Positions 1-7,947 of a DNA stretch of 40,665 nucleotides are shown here, piece after piece (position 1 is the first letter of the stretch; each line of letters begins with the position of its first letter). The position numbers and the translations under genes were made by a program. A model generated the notes under the pieces. The model was not told where the DNA came from. It worked only from the letters and a program-made list of their open reading frames with translations, and did no database searches. Source of the stretch: a virus. The stretch lies in the IMG/VR virus record IMGVR_UViG_3300010403_000017, positions 1 to 40,665 of that record; one strand, 5' to 3'.

Positions 1-123
1 ACCGATGCCGAGAATGTGACGCTTGTGCTCCTCCATGAGATAGTTGGTTCGAGATAATGCTTTGTCCAGCGTCAGCTGAAGCCGAACGATTTCATCTTCC
101 TTCTCAAACCACAACTTGGAATA
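1..123. repeat. Terminal overlap, identical to 40543..40665 (assembly closure of a circular or concatemeric molecule)
   Basis: Base-by-base identity from accgatgccgagaatgtgacg to ccacaacttggaata. It lies inside the tape-measure reading frame. Confidence 0.97.
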
Positions 124-1002
124 CAGCGTGAGGCCTGCTTGCTCTTTTCTTCGCTCCTCCAGGAGGGCATTGATGTGATTGAGAGATCCTTCCTGGTCAT
201 TGAAGACGATCTGCATGTCTTCCTGACCTTTCGTCGCTTTGCTTTGCTCATCCTGCATGTTCTTGAGCTCGAGGCGGAGCTTGGCGATCGCCGTCTGTAG
301 ATCGACAACTTCTTGTCGGGTATTTTGGTAGGCAATGGTGACAGCTCCCCCGGCACCCAAATTTTGCAGGATCGTATGGAACCAGTCGATATGCGTATCC
401 TGCGCTTTTTTAAGGTCGAGCTCGAGCGCCTGAATCTGTTCATTGATTGCTATGAAAAGCTCGAGACTGGATTTTTCACCGAGCTTCACCTGGAGCGCGA
501 CAAGTTCCTCGCTGGTCTTCCTCAGCTGCTGTTGCGCTTTTTCCGATTCCTGGTTGACGTTCAGTAGCATTGCGGCGAAACCGGCCGCACCGGCGATCGC
601 GACGCCCCACGCACCGGCGCCTGAAGCGGCCAGAAGGAAGTCGAGACCCTGATAGGTCTGGAAGCCTTCCATCAGCGTATTGTTCAGGCCCTTCATCTGG
701 GATCCGCCCTTCTCGGCGAAGCCTCCCATGACGGAGAGATTGCCTCCGAGGGCGCTTATCGCCTGGGAGGATTCTCGGTATACAAAATTCTGCTCGCGAT
801 TCTCGGCTCGTTGCCTGCGGATAAAATCGGTCAGCGCATTGGTTTCTTTACTGTAATTGCGCGTGCTTCCGATGACCTTGTCGGTCGACTGGCGTATCTG
901 CTCATTGCCATCGACGACCGCCTGTTTGAACTTGGCGAAGACGAGAGAGCCGCTATCGTCAATGCCGATGCCATATTGGAATTGTCTCTGGGATCCGGCC
1001 AC
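1..1002 (-). CDS. Tape measure protein, N-terminal 334 codons (continues across the junction into 40542..39730; 604 aa in total)
   Basis: The minus frame with codon first bases divisible by 3 has no stop from 1020 down to base 1. It is in phase with ORF 39730..40656 after overlaying the terminal repeat. GTG at 1002 follows GGAGG 9 nt upstream. Hand translation gives VAGSQRQFQYGIGIDDSGS, a hydrophobic segment GLDFLLAASGAGAWGVAIAGAAGFAAMLL, then coiled-coil-like sequence. Confidence 0.8.
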   Translation of the reverse strand, partial: MAGSQRQFQYGIGIDDSGSLVFAKFKQAVVDGNEQIRQSTDKVIGSTRNYSKETNALTDFIRRQRAENREQNFVYRESSQAISALGGNLSVMGGFAEKGGSQMKGLNNTLMEGFQTYQGLDFLLAASGAGAWGVAIAGAAGFAAMLLNVNQESEKAQQQLRKTSEELVALQVKLGEKSSLELFIAINEQIQALELDLKKAQDTHIDWFHTILQNLGAGGAVTIAYQNTRQEVVDLQTAIAKLRLELKNMQDEQSKATKGQEDMQIVFNDQEGSLNHINALLEERRKEQAGLTLYSKLWFEKEDEIVRLQLTLDKALSRTNYLMEEHKRHILGIG

Positions 1003-1004
1003 GA

Positions 1005-1589
1005 TCAGTTGCCTCCGGAGAGATAGAACTGCAGCTGGTTCTCGAGGATGCCGGGGAATTTGTCAACGATGAGGCTCTCTATTCCGTCAATAATCACTTT
1101 TGAACGGAACATTTCGGGCACCGATATCGTAAATTTTTCCTCAATCGCCTGCCGCTTGCTCTGCTGCACCGGTCCATGCACGAACTTCCGCAGCCGGTTC
1201 TGCATGAACTTATCCTTCGATCTCAGAAAGACCCCCGTATGTCCCGATTTCATCGTCGCTACAAAGGCATGAGGCAGTAGAGTCCGGCCGCCTTTTTTTA
1301 TTGTTACCTTTACGCCTTTACCGAACTGTTTGGCGTTGAGTGTAAAAAGCGGTAAGCGCTGACCCTTGACTCGTATATCAACCTGCAATTTGCTAACCGA
1401 TGCTGGGGTTACCGAGATCGCCTTATCGACGTCGGCACGTTTAAGGTTATACGTCTCACGGACCTTCTTATTGCCGAACGTCTCGGCCTGGGTAGCGACC
1501 TTGGTCAGCGAACGAAGGATCACCTTTCGGTAGCCCTTCTGATCGAGATCAATCTGATCCATTTTCGGTATGATGAATTTCGAGATCAT
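1005..1589 (-). CDS. Minor tail protein resembling lambda gpZ (Minor_tail_Z-like)
   Basis: 194 aa. By-eye colinearity with lambda Z (LPHAFVATMKSGHTGVFLRS versus IPGAFIQQLKNGRWHVMQR; basic central loop; similar length). ATGA overlap with the upstream ORF stop at 1586. Confidence 0.55.
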   Translation of the reverse strand: MISKFIIPKMDQIDLDQKGYRKVILRSLTKVATQAETFGNKKVRETYNLKRADVDKAISVTPASVSKLQVDIRVKGQRLPLFTLNAKQFGKGVKVTIKKGGRTLLPHAFVATMKSGHTGVFLRSKDKFMQNRLRKFVHGPVQQSKRQAIEEKFTISVPEMFRSKVIIDGIESLIVDKFPGILENQLQFYLSGGN

Positions 1590-1855
1590 TTGTTCGCTTT
1601 TTGCTCCCTGCAGATCCTGTCATGCATCTCGATATAGTCCTTGACTATCTGCGGCAGCTGCGCCCACTCGGTGAGCGAGACACTGAATCTCCCCGCTCGC
1701 CAGGAATCAATCGCATCGATAAACTCACTCCATTCTTCGCACGCCTGCACGAACTCATCAGGGGTGAACCTTCTTCCGTTTGCATCTGTAACGTGTTCGC
1801 CCTCTTTGAACACGCTCCGGTCTTTTATGGCGTAGAGGGCAAGGGAGAGTTTTTT
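1586..1855 (-). CDS. gpT-like -1 frame extension of the tail assembly chaperone (the G-T fusion would be about 211 aa)
   Basis: The -1 frame opens exactly at the slippery site (TGA at 1856..1858 just upstream in that frame). It stays open to the stop at 1586. The position between tail tube and tape measure is canonical. Confidence 0.7.
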   Translation of the reverse strand, partial: KKLSLALYAIKDRSVFKEGEHVTDANGRRFTPDEFVQACEEWSEFIDAIDSWRAGRFSVSLTEWAQLPQIVKDYIEMHDRICREQKANK

Positions 1856-2220
1856 TCATCTTGCTCCGCTGGATAGTTCAGCGCGATAATTCTGCTCGCA
1901 ATTCTCGAGATAACGGTATGCGGCAAGAACGTGAGAGATCCCGACGAAACCCCCTTGCGCCGGCCGACGCCAGGAACGTCGACATCTTCAATCTCCAGTT
2001 TGATCGGATTGCCGTTTTGATCCTTCAGCGTCCAGGACTTGGCAGCAAACCTCACAACATCGGATTGGGCAAGGAAGGTTATTCTCTGATTGGCAATTTG
2101 ATCGAGTAGATGGGCCCGCAGTCTCCCATCGAGCATGCCGATCACAACCGTCTGTTCCCCGGTTTCATCGAGTTCGACGATCGATGTAAAATCGGGATCT
2201 AAGATTGTTACTTTTTTCAT
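1825..2220 (-). CDS. Tail assembly chaperone (gpG-like)
   Basis: 131 aa, acidic, immediately downstream of the tail tube gene. Contains the slippery heptamer near its 3-prime end. Confidence 0.65.
   Translation of the reverse strand: MKKVTILDPDFTSIVELDETGEQTVVIGMLDGRLRAHLLDQIANQRITFLAQSDVVRFAAKSWTLKDQNGNPIKLEIEDVDVPGVGRRKGVSSGSLTFLPHTVISRIASRIIALNYPAEQDEKNSPLPSTP
1849..1855 (-). promoter_or_regulatory. Programmed -1 ribosomal frameshift slippery heptamer A_AAA_AAC
   Basis: The minus strand reads gat gaA AAA AAC tct in the chaperone zero frame, 8 codons before its stop. This is the X_XXY_YYZ pattern. Confidence 0.7.
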
Positions 2221-2244
2221 TTTACTCGCTCCGTTTGTTGATGG

Positions 2245-3441
2245 TCAGGTGATAATGATCGCTTCCCAGTCGTCGCCGCTGTTGCCGGCGAAGTCCAGGT
2301 CGATCGCATAATCGAGGAAATCGTTTCTGTTCACATACTTATTTCCGCCATACTGGACGACCGGATAGGCGAGAATGATCCTATTGCCGGCGACGGATCC
2401 ATACTTCAGCGCTGCGGGACCTTGCGTGGAGGCGATCACTTTGCCGAAGACATCATGACGGGCGACGGTCTCGGCCTCGATCTGAAGGCTCCCTTTGGGC
2501 TCTCGACTGGTGAGCGCAAAACCTTTGATGGAATTTGGGGACGTCGCATCGTCGCGGACCCCGATCTTGCCGCCTTCATCGACGCTGAACTTGCTCAGGA
2601 CCGGCGGGAAACCGTGAATGCCGATAACGGCGCTTTCGAACACCGGAGGCAGGACATTGACGACCGTGATGCTCGGAACCGCGACGTCGGTCACGTCGGT
2701 ATAGGCGCCCCACATTTCGAAGGAATACTTTCCATATTTGCCGCTCTCAAGGTTCTTTTTACAGATGCCGACGGCTCCTGAGAGGATATGCTTGTTGCCG
2801 TCTTTGTAGCCTTCGACGGTGACCGATTTGCCGAGGGTATAGAAGCTCCCGGAAGCAGGACTGGAAGTCGGAGCATAGTAGAGGCTCGCTCCCCTGGTTG
2901 CGGTCGCGGCTCCGGCCGATCCTCCGCCGCCAGAGAAGCCGATCGTCGGGTCGCTCGTATAGCCTGAGCCGGGATTGGTGATGATAACGGCGATGATTTG
3001 AGCTCCGGCGTTGACGACGGCGATCGCCGTCGCACCGGATCCGCCGCCTCCGGTGATGGAAACGGTCGGCGCCGAGGTATAGCCGGATCCTTGATTGGTG
3101 ATCGTGGCACTGATCACCGACTGGGAAGCGTTCACCGTCGCGGTGCGGCCGCAGGCCTGCAGAAGCGCGTGAAGGCCAGCATAGCCGGCAATCGTCGGGT
3201 CACCGGCGGTACCTGAGCCTTTCATTTCGACGTCGAAGGTGAACTTCGCAAACCGCTTTCCGATGACGTGTGGCAACGGGTCGAGCGATACGCGCCGGAA
3301 ATCGCGGGTCAGCTTCTCGATGTCCTGGGTAAAGTCGAAATCCTCGATCAGGAGATAATCGGTCGAGGTCGACGGCGCGACGGCCGTATCCTGCGTGGTC
3401 TCGAGCTTGACGCCCAAAGCCTGTTTCTTGAATAGCTTCAT
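2245..3441 (-). CDS. Major tail tube protein with an internal tandem Gly-rich insertion
   Basis: 398 aa. Sits directly upstream of the G/G-T genes. Two roughly 40-aa repeats ITN.GSGYTS.PT...GGGGS.A (nt 2899..3102) interrupt an otherwise tube-like sequence. Confidence 0.7.
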   Translation of the reverse strand: MKLFKKQALGVKLETTQDTAVAPSTSTDYLLIEDFDFTQDIEKLTRDFRRVSLDPLPHVIGKRFAKFTFDVEMKGSGTAGDPTIAGYAGLHALLQACGRTATVNASQSVISATITNQGSGYTSAPTVSITGGGGSGATAIAVVNAGAQIIAVIITNPGSGYTSDPTIGFSGGGGSAGAATATRGASLYYAPTSSPASGSFYTLGKSVTVEGYKDGNKHILSGAVGICKKNLESGKYGKYSFEMWGAYTDVTDVAVPSITVVNVLPPVFESAVIGIHGFPPVLSKFSVDEGGKIGVRDDATSPNSIKGFALTSREPKGSLQIEAETVARHDVFGKVIASTQGPAALKYGSVAGNRIILAYPVVQYGGNKYVNRNDFLDYAIDLDFAGNSGDDWEAIIIT

Positions 3442-3620
3442 GAAGTCACCTCATCATCGTTATGTGTCGGTTGGGGGGCGGACGCGCCGAGGTCTTTATT
3501 GACCGGCTCTTGATTTGTCTGGACCGGTACGAGCTCGCCCTTTTCGTTGACGGTGCACAAGACACCATCGCCTCTGCGGACCGTCGTTGTCAGTGTTGGA
3601 TACACTTTTCCTTCTTCCAT
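3438..3620 (-). CDS. Hypothetical small protein (60 aa)
   Basis: The ORF's stop overlaps the tail tube start (3438..3441). No recognisable motif. Confidence 0.4.
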   Translation of the reverse strand: MEEGKVYPTLTTTVRRGDGVLCTVNEKGELVPVQTNQEPVNKDLGASAPQPTHNDDEVTS

Positions 3621-3633
3621 GACTTACTCCTTC

Positions 3634-3915
3634 TTAAAAGGGTTCGAGTGGTACGGTTTTTCCTTTAAGCTCGTGAAAGCAGTCGTCCAGGAACTGGATC
3701 TGGCCGTCGGTTACGAAACTGTGGCAGCGGCTCTTTGGATCATCCTGGTTGACCAGCATCGATGCCCGGAACGTCGGCTTCTCCATATCGCCATTAAACG
3801 TCCAGCGGGAATCGAAGATATGCGTGTCCTTACAGCCCGGGCATAAGACCATCCAGCCGTGATGTTCGCCGGATTGGTTTGTGATCTCCTGGACTATTTG
3901 CCGATCGTCGCTCAT
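3634..3915 (-). CDS. Small Cys/His-rich protein, DUF6527-like (from memory)
   Basis: 93 aa with CPGC ... W.FNGD.EKPTF..S ... CHSFVTDGQIQFLDDC.H. I recall this pattern from small phage proteins classed as DUF6527. Confidence 0.5.
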   Translation of the reverse strand: MSDDRQIVQEITNQSGEHHGWMVLCPGCKDTHIFDSRWTFNGDMEKPTFRASMLVNQDDPKSRCHSFVTDGQIQFLDDCFHELKGKTVPLEPF

Positions 3916-4265
3916 TCCTCTTTAACGAAGAGGGTGAGATCGAGCGAGAAGTCTCCATCGATGTCGACCGGTTGTCCGGCCGCATCGAAGGTCTCCAGCT
4001 GGATCTTCATGGTGTCGATGACGCCGACGCGGTAGCTTTTCACCGGCGATGTGAGCCCGAAGGACGCATGAATCACCTTGCCGGTATTGTCGCCTGTGCC
4101 GAGCTCGTCGCCGGTCATGAACTCATAGACGCCCTTGCTTACGCGCGCGGGGAGATACTCGGTTTGCGTGAAGCCGAGTGAGATATAGGCGTCGCCGAAG
4201 GCCTTCTGCAGCTGAGGCGCGTCCGCGCCCGACTGATTGAAGTTGCCGTAGATTCGATAGGTCAT
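3912..4265 (-). CDS. Hypothetical head-tail or tail structural protein (117 aa)
   Basis: Start chosen at ATG 4265, preceded by AAGGGGA 7 nt upstream. The longer 184-aa ORF would overlap the upstream gene. Confidence 0.5.
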   Translation of the reverse strand: MTYRIYGNFNQSGADAPQLQKAFGDAYISLGFTQTEYLPARVSKGVYEFMTGDELGTGDNTGKVIHASFGLTSPVKSYRVGVIDTMKIQLETFDAAGQPVDIDGDFSLDLTLFVKEE

Positions 4266-4303
4266 TGATTGTTCCCCTTGGGTTAAAAAGCGTTTTTTGG
4301 GTA

Positions 4304-4753
4304 TCACGACTCGGCCCATTTGGTAGTTCGGTACGTCACCCGGATCATGAGTTTGGCGCCGGTGACGATATTGGTTTTTTGCTCCTGAGTGATGTTGCTT
4401 CCGACATAGTCCGTATAGTATGCCAGTCCGCCGAAGGTGATATCTGATCCGATCGCCTTTTCGCAATCAATGAGCCCTCGGCGCGCAGCTTTAATTCCCT
4501 GATCGGCTTCTTTCAGGAGAATGTCGATCGACACATCCAAAAGCCTGTTGAGTTCTGGAGGGTTGCCGGAGAACTGATCACCCTTCGCTTCATCACCATC
4601 GGTGACGTTCACGGCCGGGAGTTCTTCATCCTGAAGGGTCGTTGAGCGATAATGAAAGACGTTTGCCCCGAGCTCGGTGTAATATCCGTTTGCGGTACGG
4701 ATGGTTTTCAGCTTCGCGATCAGAGCATCAACTATCGCTTGCCGCAATTCCAT
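4304..4753 (-). CDS. Putative head-tail connector or tail completion protein
   Basis: 149 aa. The position and the N-terminal pattern (A.V.AL...L......) are typical of neck or terminator proteins. Function inferred from synteny only. Confidence 0.45.
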   Translation of the reverse strand: MELRQAIVDALIAKLKTIRTANGYYTELGANVFHYRSTTLQDEELPAVNVTDGDEAKGDQFSGNPPELNRLLDVSIDILLKEADQGIKAARRGLIDCEKAIGSDITFGGLAYYTDYVGSNITQEQKTNIVTGAKLMIRVTYRTTKWAES

Positions 4754-5065
4754 TTAATCCACCGTCAGGGAAAGTCTTGTCGTGCCTATCGCGTCAACCT
4801 CGATTTCTTTGATCTTGTAGGCGACACCCTTGATCGTCATTTTCGCTTTCACACTTACCTTCGGAATATCGACGCTCTGGCAGAGGACGATTGTGTCGTA
4901 ATTGGCGACTGAGCTATCCTGTGAGTCCGACGCGTCAAAGTCCCTGTCGAACTGGACATTGATGGAGCTCGATTCCCCATCTGGATCTGAATAGACCGCA
5001 GGCGTGGTTTCTCCATCTCTAAAAAAAGGCTCAGTCTCAAAAATTGACATCGCGTTTGGGCTCAT
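4754..5065 (-). CDS. Putative head-tail adaptor protein
   Basis: 103 aa. Abuts the next gene (stop 4754, next start 4753). GAGGGAG RBS upstream. Function inferred from synteny only. Confidence 0.45.
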   Translation of the reverse strand: MSPNAMSIFETEPFFRDGETTPAVYSDPDGESSSINVQFDRDFDASDSQDSSVANYDTIVLCQSVDIPKVSVKAKMTIKGVAYKIKEIEVDAIGTTRLSLTVD

Positions 5066-5078
5066 TCTCCCTCAAGGC

Positions 5079-5111
5079 CTTCCCCTTCGCTTTATCTATG
5101 CGAAGGGGAAG
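5079..5111 (-). other. Perfect 12-bp-stem hairpin between two head genes
   Basis: cttccccttcgc / tttatctat / gcgaaggggaag. No U-tract follows on the minus strand. Confidence 0.6.
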
Positions 5112-5131
5112 AGCCGAGGATGGAAGAGAGC

Positions 5132-5515
5132 TTACTTGTACTGTTTTTCCGAGACGAGGACCGCGCCGGCCGGGAAGGACGGCGAGGACGTTCCGCCGAT
5201 CGTTTCCACGATTCGGATATAGCGCGCCTGGGCGCGTACGTCGACCGAGAGGACCTGGATTGAATCGGTCGTTGTCACCTGCGTGATTGTCGCGCCGGCG
5301 ATATCGGTGAACGTCGAATTGTCCGGACTGTCCTGGACTTTCGCGTCGTACGTGGGATTGGTGCCGGCTGTGGCCGCGGCGACGTTGAAGACGATCGCGA
5401 CTTTGCCTTCGTAACCCATCAGGTCGAGACCGGTCCCGTTGCCGGTGGCCGTAACGGCCGCCGATTTCCTGACGACCACGATGTTCAAGTTGCCCTTCAG
5501 ATCATACATTGGCAT
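5132..5515 (-). CDS. Putative capsid decoration or accessory protein
   Basis: 127 aa, beta-rich, second gene after the capsid gene. AAGGAG RBS. Followed by a strong hairpin. The function is a guess from position. Confidence 0.4.
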   Translation of the reverse strand: MPMYDLKGNLNIVVVRKSAAVTATGNGTGLDLMGYEGKVAIVFNVAAATAGTNPTYDAKVQDSPDNSTFTDIAGATITQVTTTDSIQVLSVDVRAQARYIRIVETIGGTSSPSFPAGAVLVSEKQYK

Positions 5516-5581
5516 GGGAGATACTCCTTACGAGTGAAATGTTTGAATTCGTTATTTGTCCCGCATAAGAAATTTCGGCGG

Positions 5582-5848
5582 TTACTTCTTGGCCTCGGCA
5601 GCAGCTTTCTTGTCAGCCTCGGCAGCAGCTTTCCGTTCAGCTTCGCGCTGCTCTTTGGCTTCTTGCTTGCGTGCTTGGTCATCTCTCACCTGCGCGGGGG
5701 TCAGCTCATCGGTCTTGATCGCCTGATTCGCCTGGAGGACCATCTGCGCGATATCTTCGGAAATGTCTTTGTTGACTTCGAGGATCGTTTTTTCCTTCAC
5801 GACTTTCCCCGCGATCAACACGTCGGTTATGAACCTAATGTTCTTCAT
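5582..5848 (-). CDS. Hypothetical protein with a Lys/Ala/Glu-rich C-terminal tail
   Basis: 88 aa. The C-terminus KAAAEADKKAAAEAKK is encoded by an 18-bp perfect direct repeat (5592..5609 and 5616..5633). Confidence 0.5.
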   Translation of the reverse strand: MKNIRFITDVLIAGKVVKEKTILEVNKDISEDIAQMVLQANQAIKTDELTPAQVRDDQARKQEAKEQREAERKAAAEADKKAAAEAKK

Positions 5849-5875
5849 GGCTTTTGTGATCTCTTCCTTTAAATT

Positions 5876-5917
5876 CCCCCGCCCGTTCCGAGTTCATTCA
5901 GTCGGAAGAGGCGGGGG
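5876..5917 (-). other. Long interrupted hairpin immediately downstream of the capsid gene
   Basis: cccccgcc-cg-ttccga / loop gttcattcag / tcggaa-ga-ggcggggg (8 + 6 bp). Weak U-tract on the minus strand. Confidence 0.6.
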
Positions 5918-5940
5918 ATAACGCTTATAGATTCAGTTGA

Positions 5941-7947
5941 TTACTGAGCGCCGCTATCGCTTGAGAGCGCGAAGCTTGCCGCATGGCGGAGGCCATTGTC
6001 GGTCCAGAGCGTGATAGTCACTTCGATCTGCCCGTTCTTCGCCAGCGTATAGGGGTTCACCACGACATCGATCCCCGCCCAGTCGGCCAGGATGAGGTCT
6101 GCCCAGTTGCCGAAGAAGACGCGATCGGCGTAGGTCCCGGTGGAAAGAATCTGATTCGTCGCTTCCGCCCGGTAGCCGTTCACCATGCCGGAACCGTTCG
6201 CGCCGGTATCCCAGAGGAACGAGCTGTACTGCGAGCTCGCGATTTTCGTTGCGGTTTTCCACACGCCCCTCACTCCGGGTGACGTGAGATAGGCCATTTT
6301 CCCGAGCAGCGCGTTCGCCTGCGCGACTTTGGTTTCGAAGGAAACAATTTTCGCCCACGTCGCCGCGGCGCTGAAAGAGACGCTTCCGATCCCCGTGACG
6401 TTCGCGATCCCCAGCGGCTGACCCGCCGAGCCGAGGCCGAAGAGCGCCGCACGATCTTTTTCAATGGCCAGGATGCGCATGAGATCTTCACGCACGAAGG
6501 CTTCGATGGAGATCGAGGACTGATTCAGCAATTCCTTGTCGTACGCCGTATCTGCCACGAGGCGATGCGGGACGAGACCTAACTGCGCGAAGGTCTGATC
6601 GGACGCCGTTACGGCCCCATTGGGTGGGAGCCAATAGGCGGTCGCGCCGCCTGATTGCCGTGGGATAGCAATGTTGCCGGTGAGACCTGAGAGCTGACGG
6701 GCGCCCAATTCAGCGACCAGGGTTTGATTCCTTAAGAGCTCGATCAGGCTGGTCCCCAGGACCTCGGTATCGACTGTGAAGCCGCCGGCAGATCCCGTTG
6801 CCGTGCCCAGGGCGCGCTTGTGGACCACGACATCATTGGGGATCCGGAAACCGAGACCTGACATGGCGCCCCTCTTGCACGTCTTTTCCAACGCGTCGTT
6901 GACTTCTTTCTCCAGGCCATCGAGCTTTTCCTTATGGATGAGGCTCTGCATCGCCCGGACGATCGAATACGATTTTACGTCTTTGATGCTCATGCCGAGA
7001 TTCGATGAGACGCTTTCATCGGCATTCGCCGGCGTGGCCGGGACGACGCCGCTTAAGCGTTTCAGGATCTCGTCGTTGAACTCGTCTTTGGTCCAACCTT
7101 TCTCGACCGCTGTCGATCGCATGATTTCCATGTCACGGTACTGATCGTCGGGCTTGAAGCCCTGAAGATGTCTCGCCGCGACGGCGTTGATGTGACTGAT
7201 TCTCTCGCGCTCCTGGGTTTGCACCTGGGAGCGGATTTCTTTCTCAGTCAAGACTGGTGTCTCTGGCATAGGTTGTCGCCTTTCAATTATTTTGATGTTT
7301 GGGTTGTCTCTCAATTCTCGCTCTAAAAGCCTTTGCGCTTCCTCATCGGTTGCGTCAGCGGAGAGTCCTCGCTGAATGAGGAGCTGCTTTATATTCGGAT
7401 CCATGGCCGAGCGCGTCTTCGAATTACCATCGGCGCCGATCGGCGTTAAACTTCCTTCCTTTAGCTTCCACTCTGGCGTCACCCTCAGCGGACCCTCGAA
7501 GGTCCGCCCAGCGATGACGGTCGATTGTTTTTCCGGGATCCAGGTCGACTTGAGCCGTTGATACCCGGCCGAGATGTCGGTCAGATGGCCCTCGCGCGCT
7601 TTGATCTCAGCTTTTTTACCGTCATCGGTGGAATCAAAATGGAGCGTCCCGGTGATACTCCCGTTCTCCGCTTTGATGGAGCGGATACTGCCGAGCATCG
7701 AATCGATCGAATAGCGAAGGTGACTGTCCAGGAGGGGGATCTGATTGCCCTCCATCTTCATCCCGTCGGCAAGGAGAATTTCCTTATGAGCTCCCCGCTC
7801 CCAATCCCAGACGTCGACCGGATTCTCGGTGGCAATCGTCGCCTGCATCGTTCGCTTCTCGCCGTCATAGGAAGTCGGAATCGGCGACATCCTTCGGGTG
7901 ACGAGCTCCAATGCCCGTAAATCTCTCTCTTCATTCGGCATGTGCAT
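5941..7947 (-). CDS. Fused prohead protease, scaffold-like linker and HK97-type major capsid protein
   Basis: One uninterrupted ORF. The N-terminus has an HK97/S78-type protease pattern (LLDSHL ... GTLHF ... TDISAGY). A charged coiled-coil-like middle follows. The C-terminal 290 aa or so is HK97 capsid-like (GGFTVDTEVL ... FGNWADLILADWAGIDVVVNPYT). Start is ATG 7947 or 7941 (GGAAG upstream). Confidence 0.85.
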   Translation of the reverse strand: MHMPNEERDLRALELVTRRMSPIPTSYDGEKRTMQATIATENPVDVWDWERGAHKEILLADGMKMEGNQIPLLDSHLRYSIDSMLGSIRSIKAENGSITGTLHFDSTDDGKKAEIKAREGHLTDISAGYQRLKSTWIPEKQSTVIAGRTFEGPLRVTPEWKLKEGSLTPIGADGNSKTRSAMDPNIKQLLIQRGLSADATDEEAQRLLERELRDNPNIKIIERRQPMPETPVLTEKEIRSQVQTQERERISHINAVAARHLQGFKPDDQYRDMEIMRSTAVEKGWTKDEFNDEILKRLSGVVPATPANADESVSSNLGMSIKDVKSYSIVRAMQSLIHKEKLDGLEKEVNDALEKTCKRGAMSGLGFRIPNDVVVHKRALGTATGSAGGFTVDTEVLGTSLIELLRNQTLVAELGARQLSGLTGNIAIPRQSGGATAYWLPPNGAVTASDQTFAQLGLVPHRLVADTAYDKELLNQSSISIEAFVREDLMRILAIEKDRAALFGLGSAGQPLGIANVTGIGSVSFSAAATWAKIVSFETKVAQANALLGKMAYLTSPGVRGVWKTATKIASSQYSSFLWDTGANGSGMVNGYRAEATNQILSTGTYADRVFFGNWADLILADWAGIDVVVNPYTLAKNGQIEVTITLWTDNGLRHAASFALSSDSGAQ

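Noticed and set aside
72-443. Minus-strand 123-aa ORF at the left edge.
   Set aside because: It is out of frame with the continuous tape-measure frame that spans 1..1002. Its extreme Arg/Ser/Lys composition makes it a shadow ORF.
2691-3110. A 139-aa alternative-frame ORF inside the tail tube gene, and similar nested ORFs (5954..6358, 8109..8435, 17093..17515, 20153..20653).
   Set aside because: They are Pro/Arg/Ser-rich off-frame translations of GC-rich coding DNA. The host frames have clear family signatures.
5592-5633. An 18-bp perfect direct repeat (gcctcggcagcagctttc, two copies with a 24-bp period), considered as a regulatory repeat.
   Set aside because: It lies in frame within the 88-aa gene and simply encodes the duplicated KKAAAEA peptide. 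It is more likely a coding-sequence duplication.
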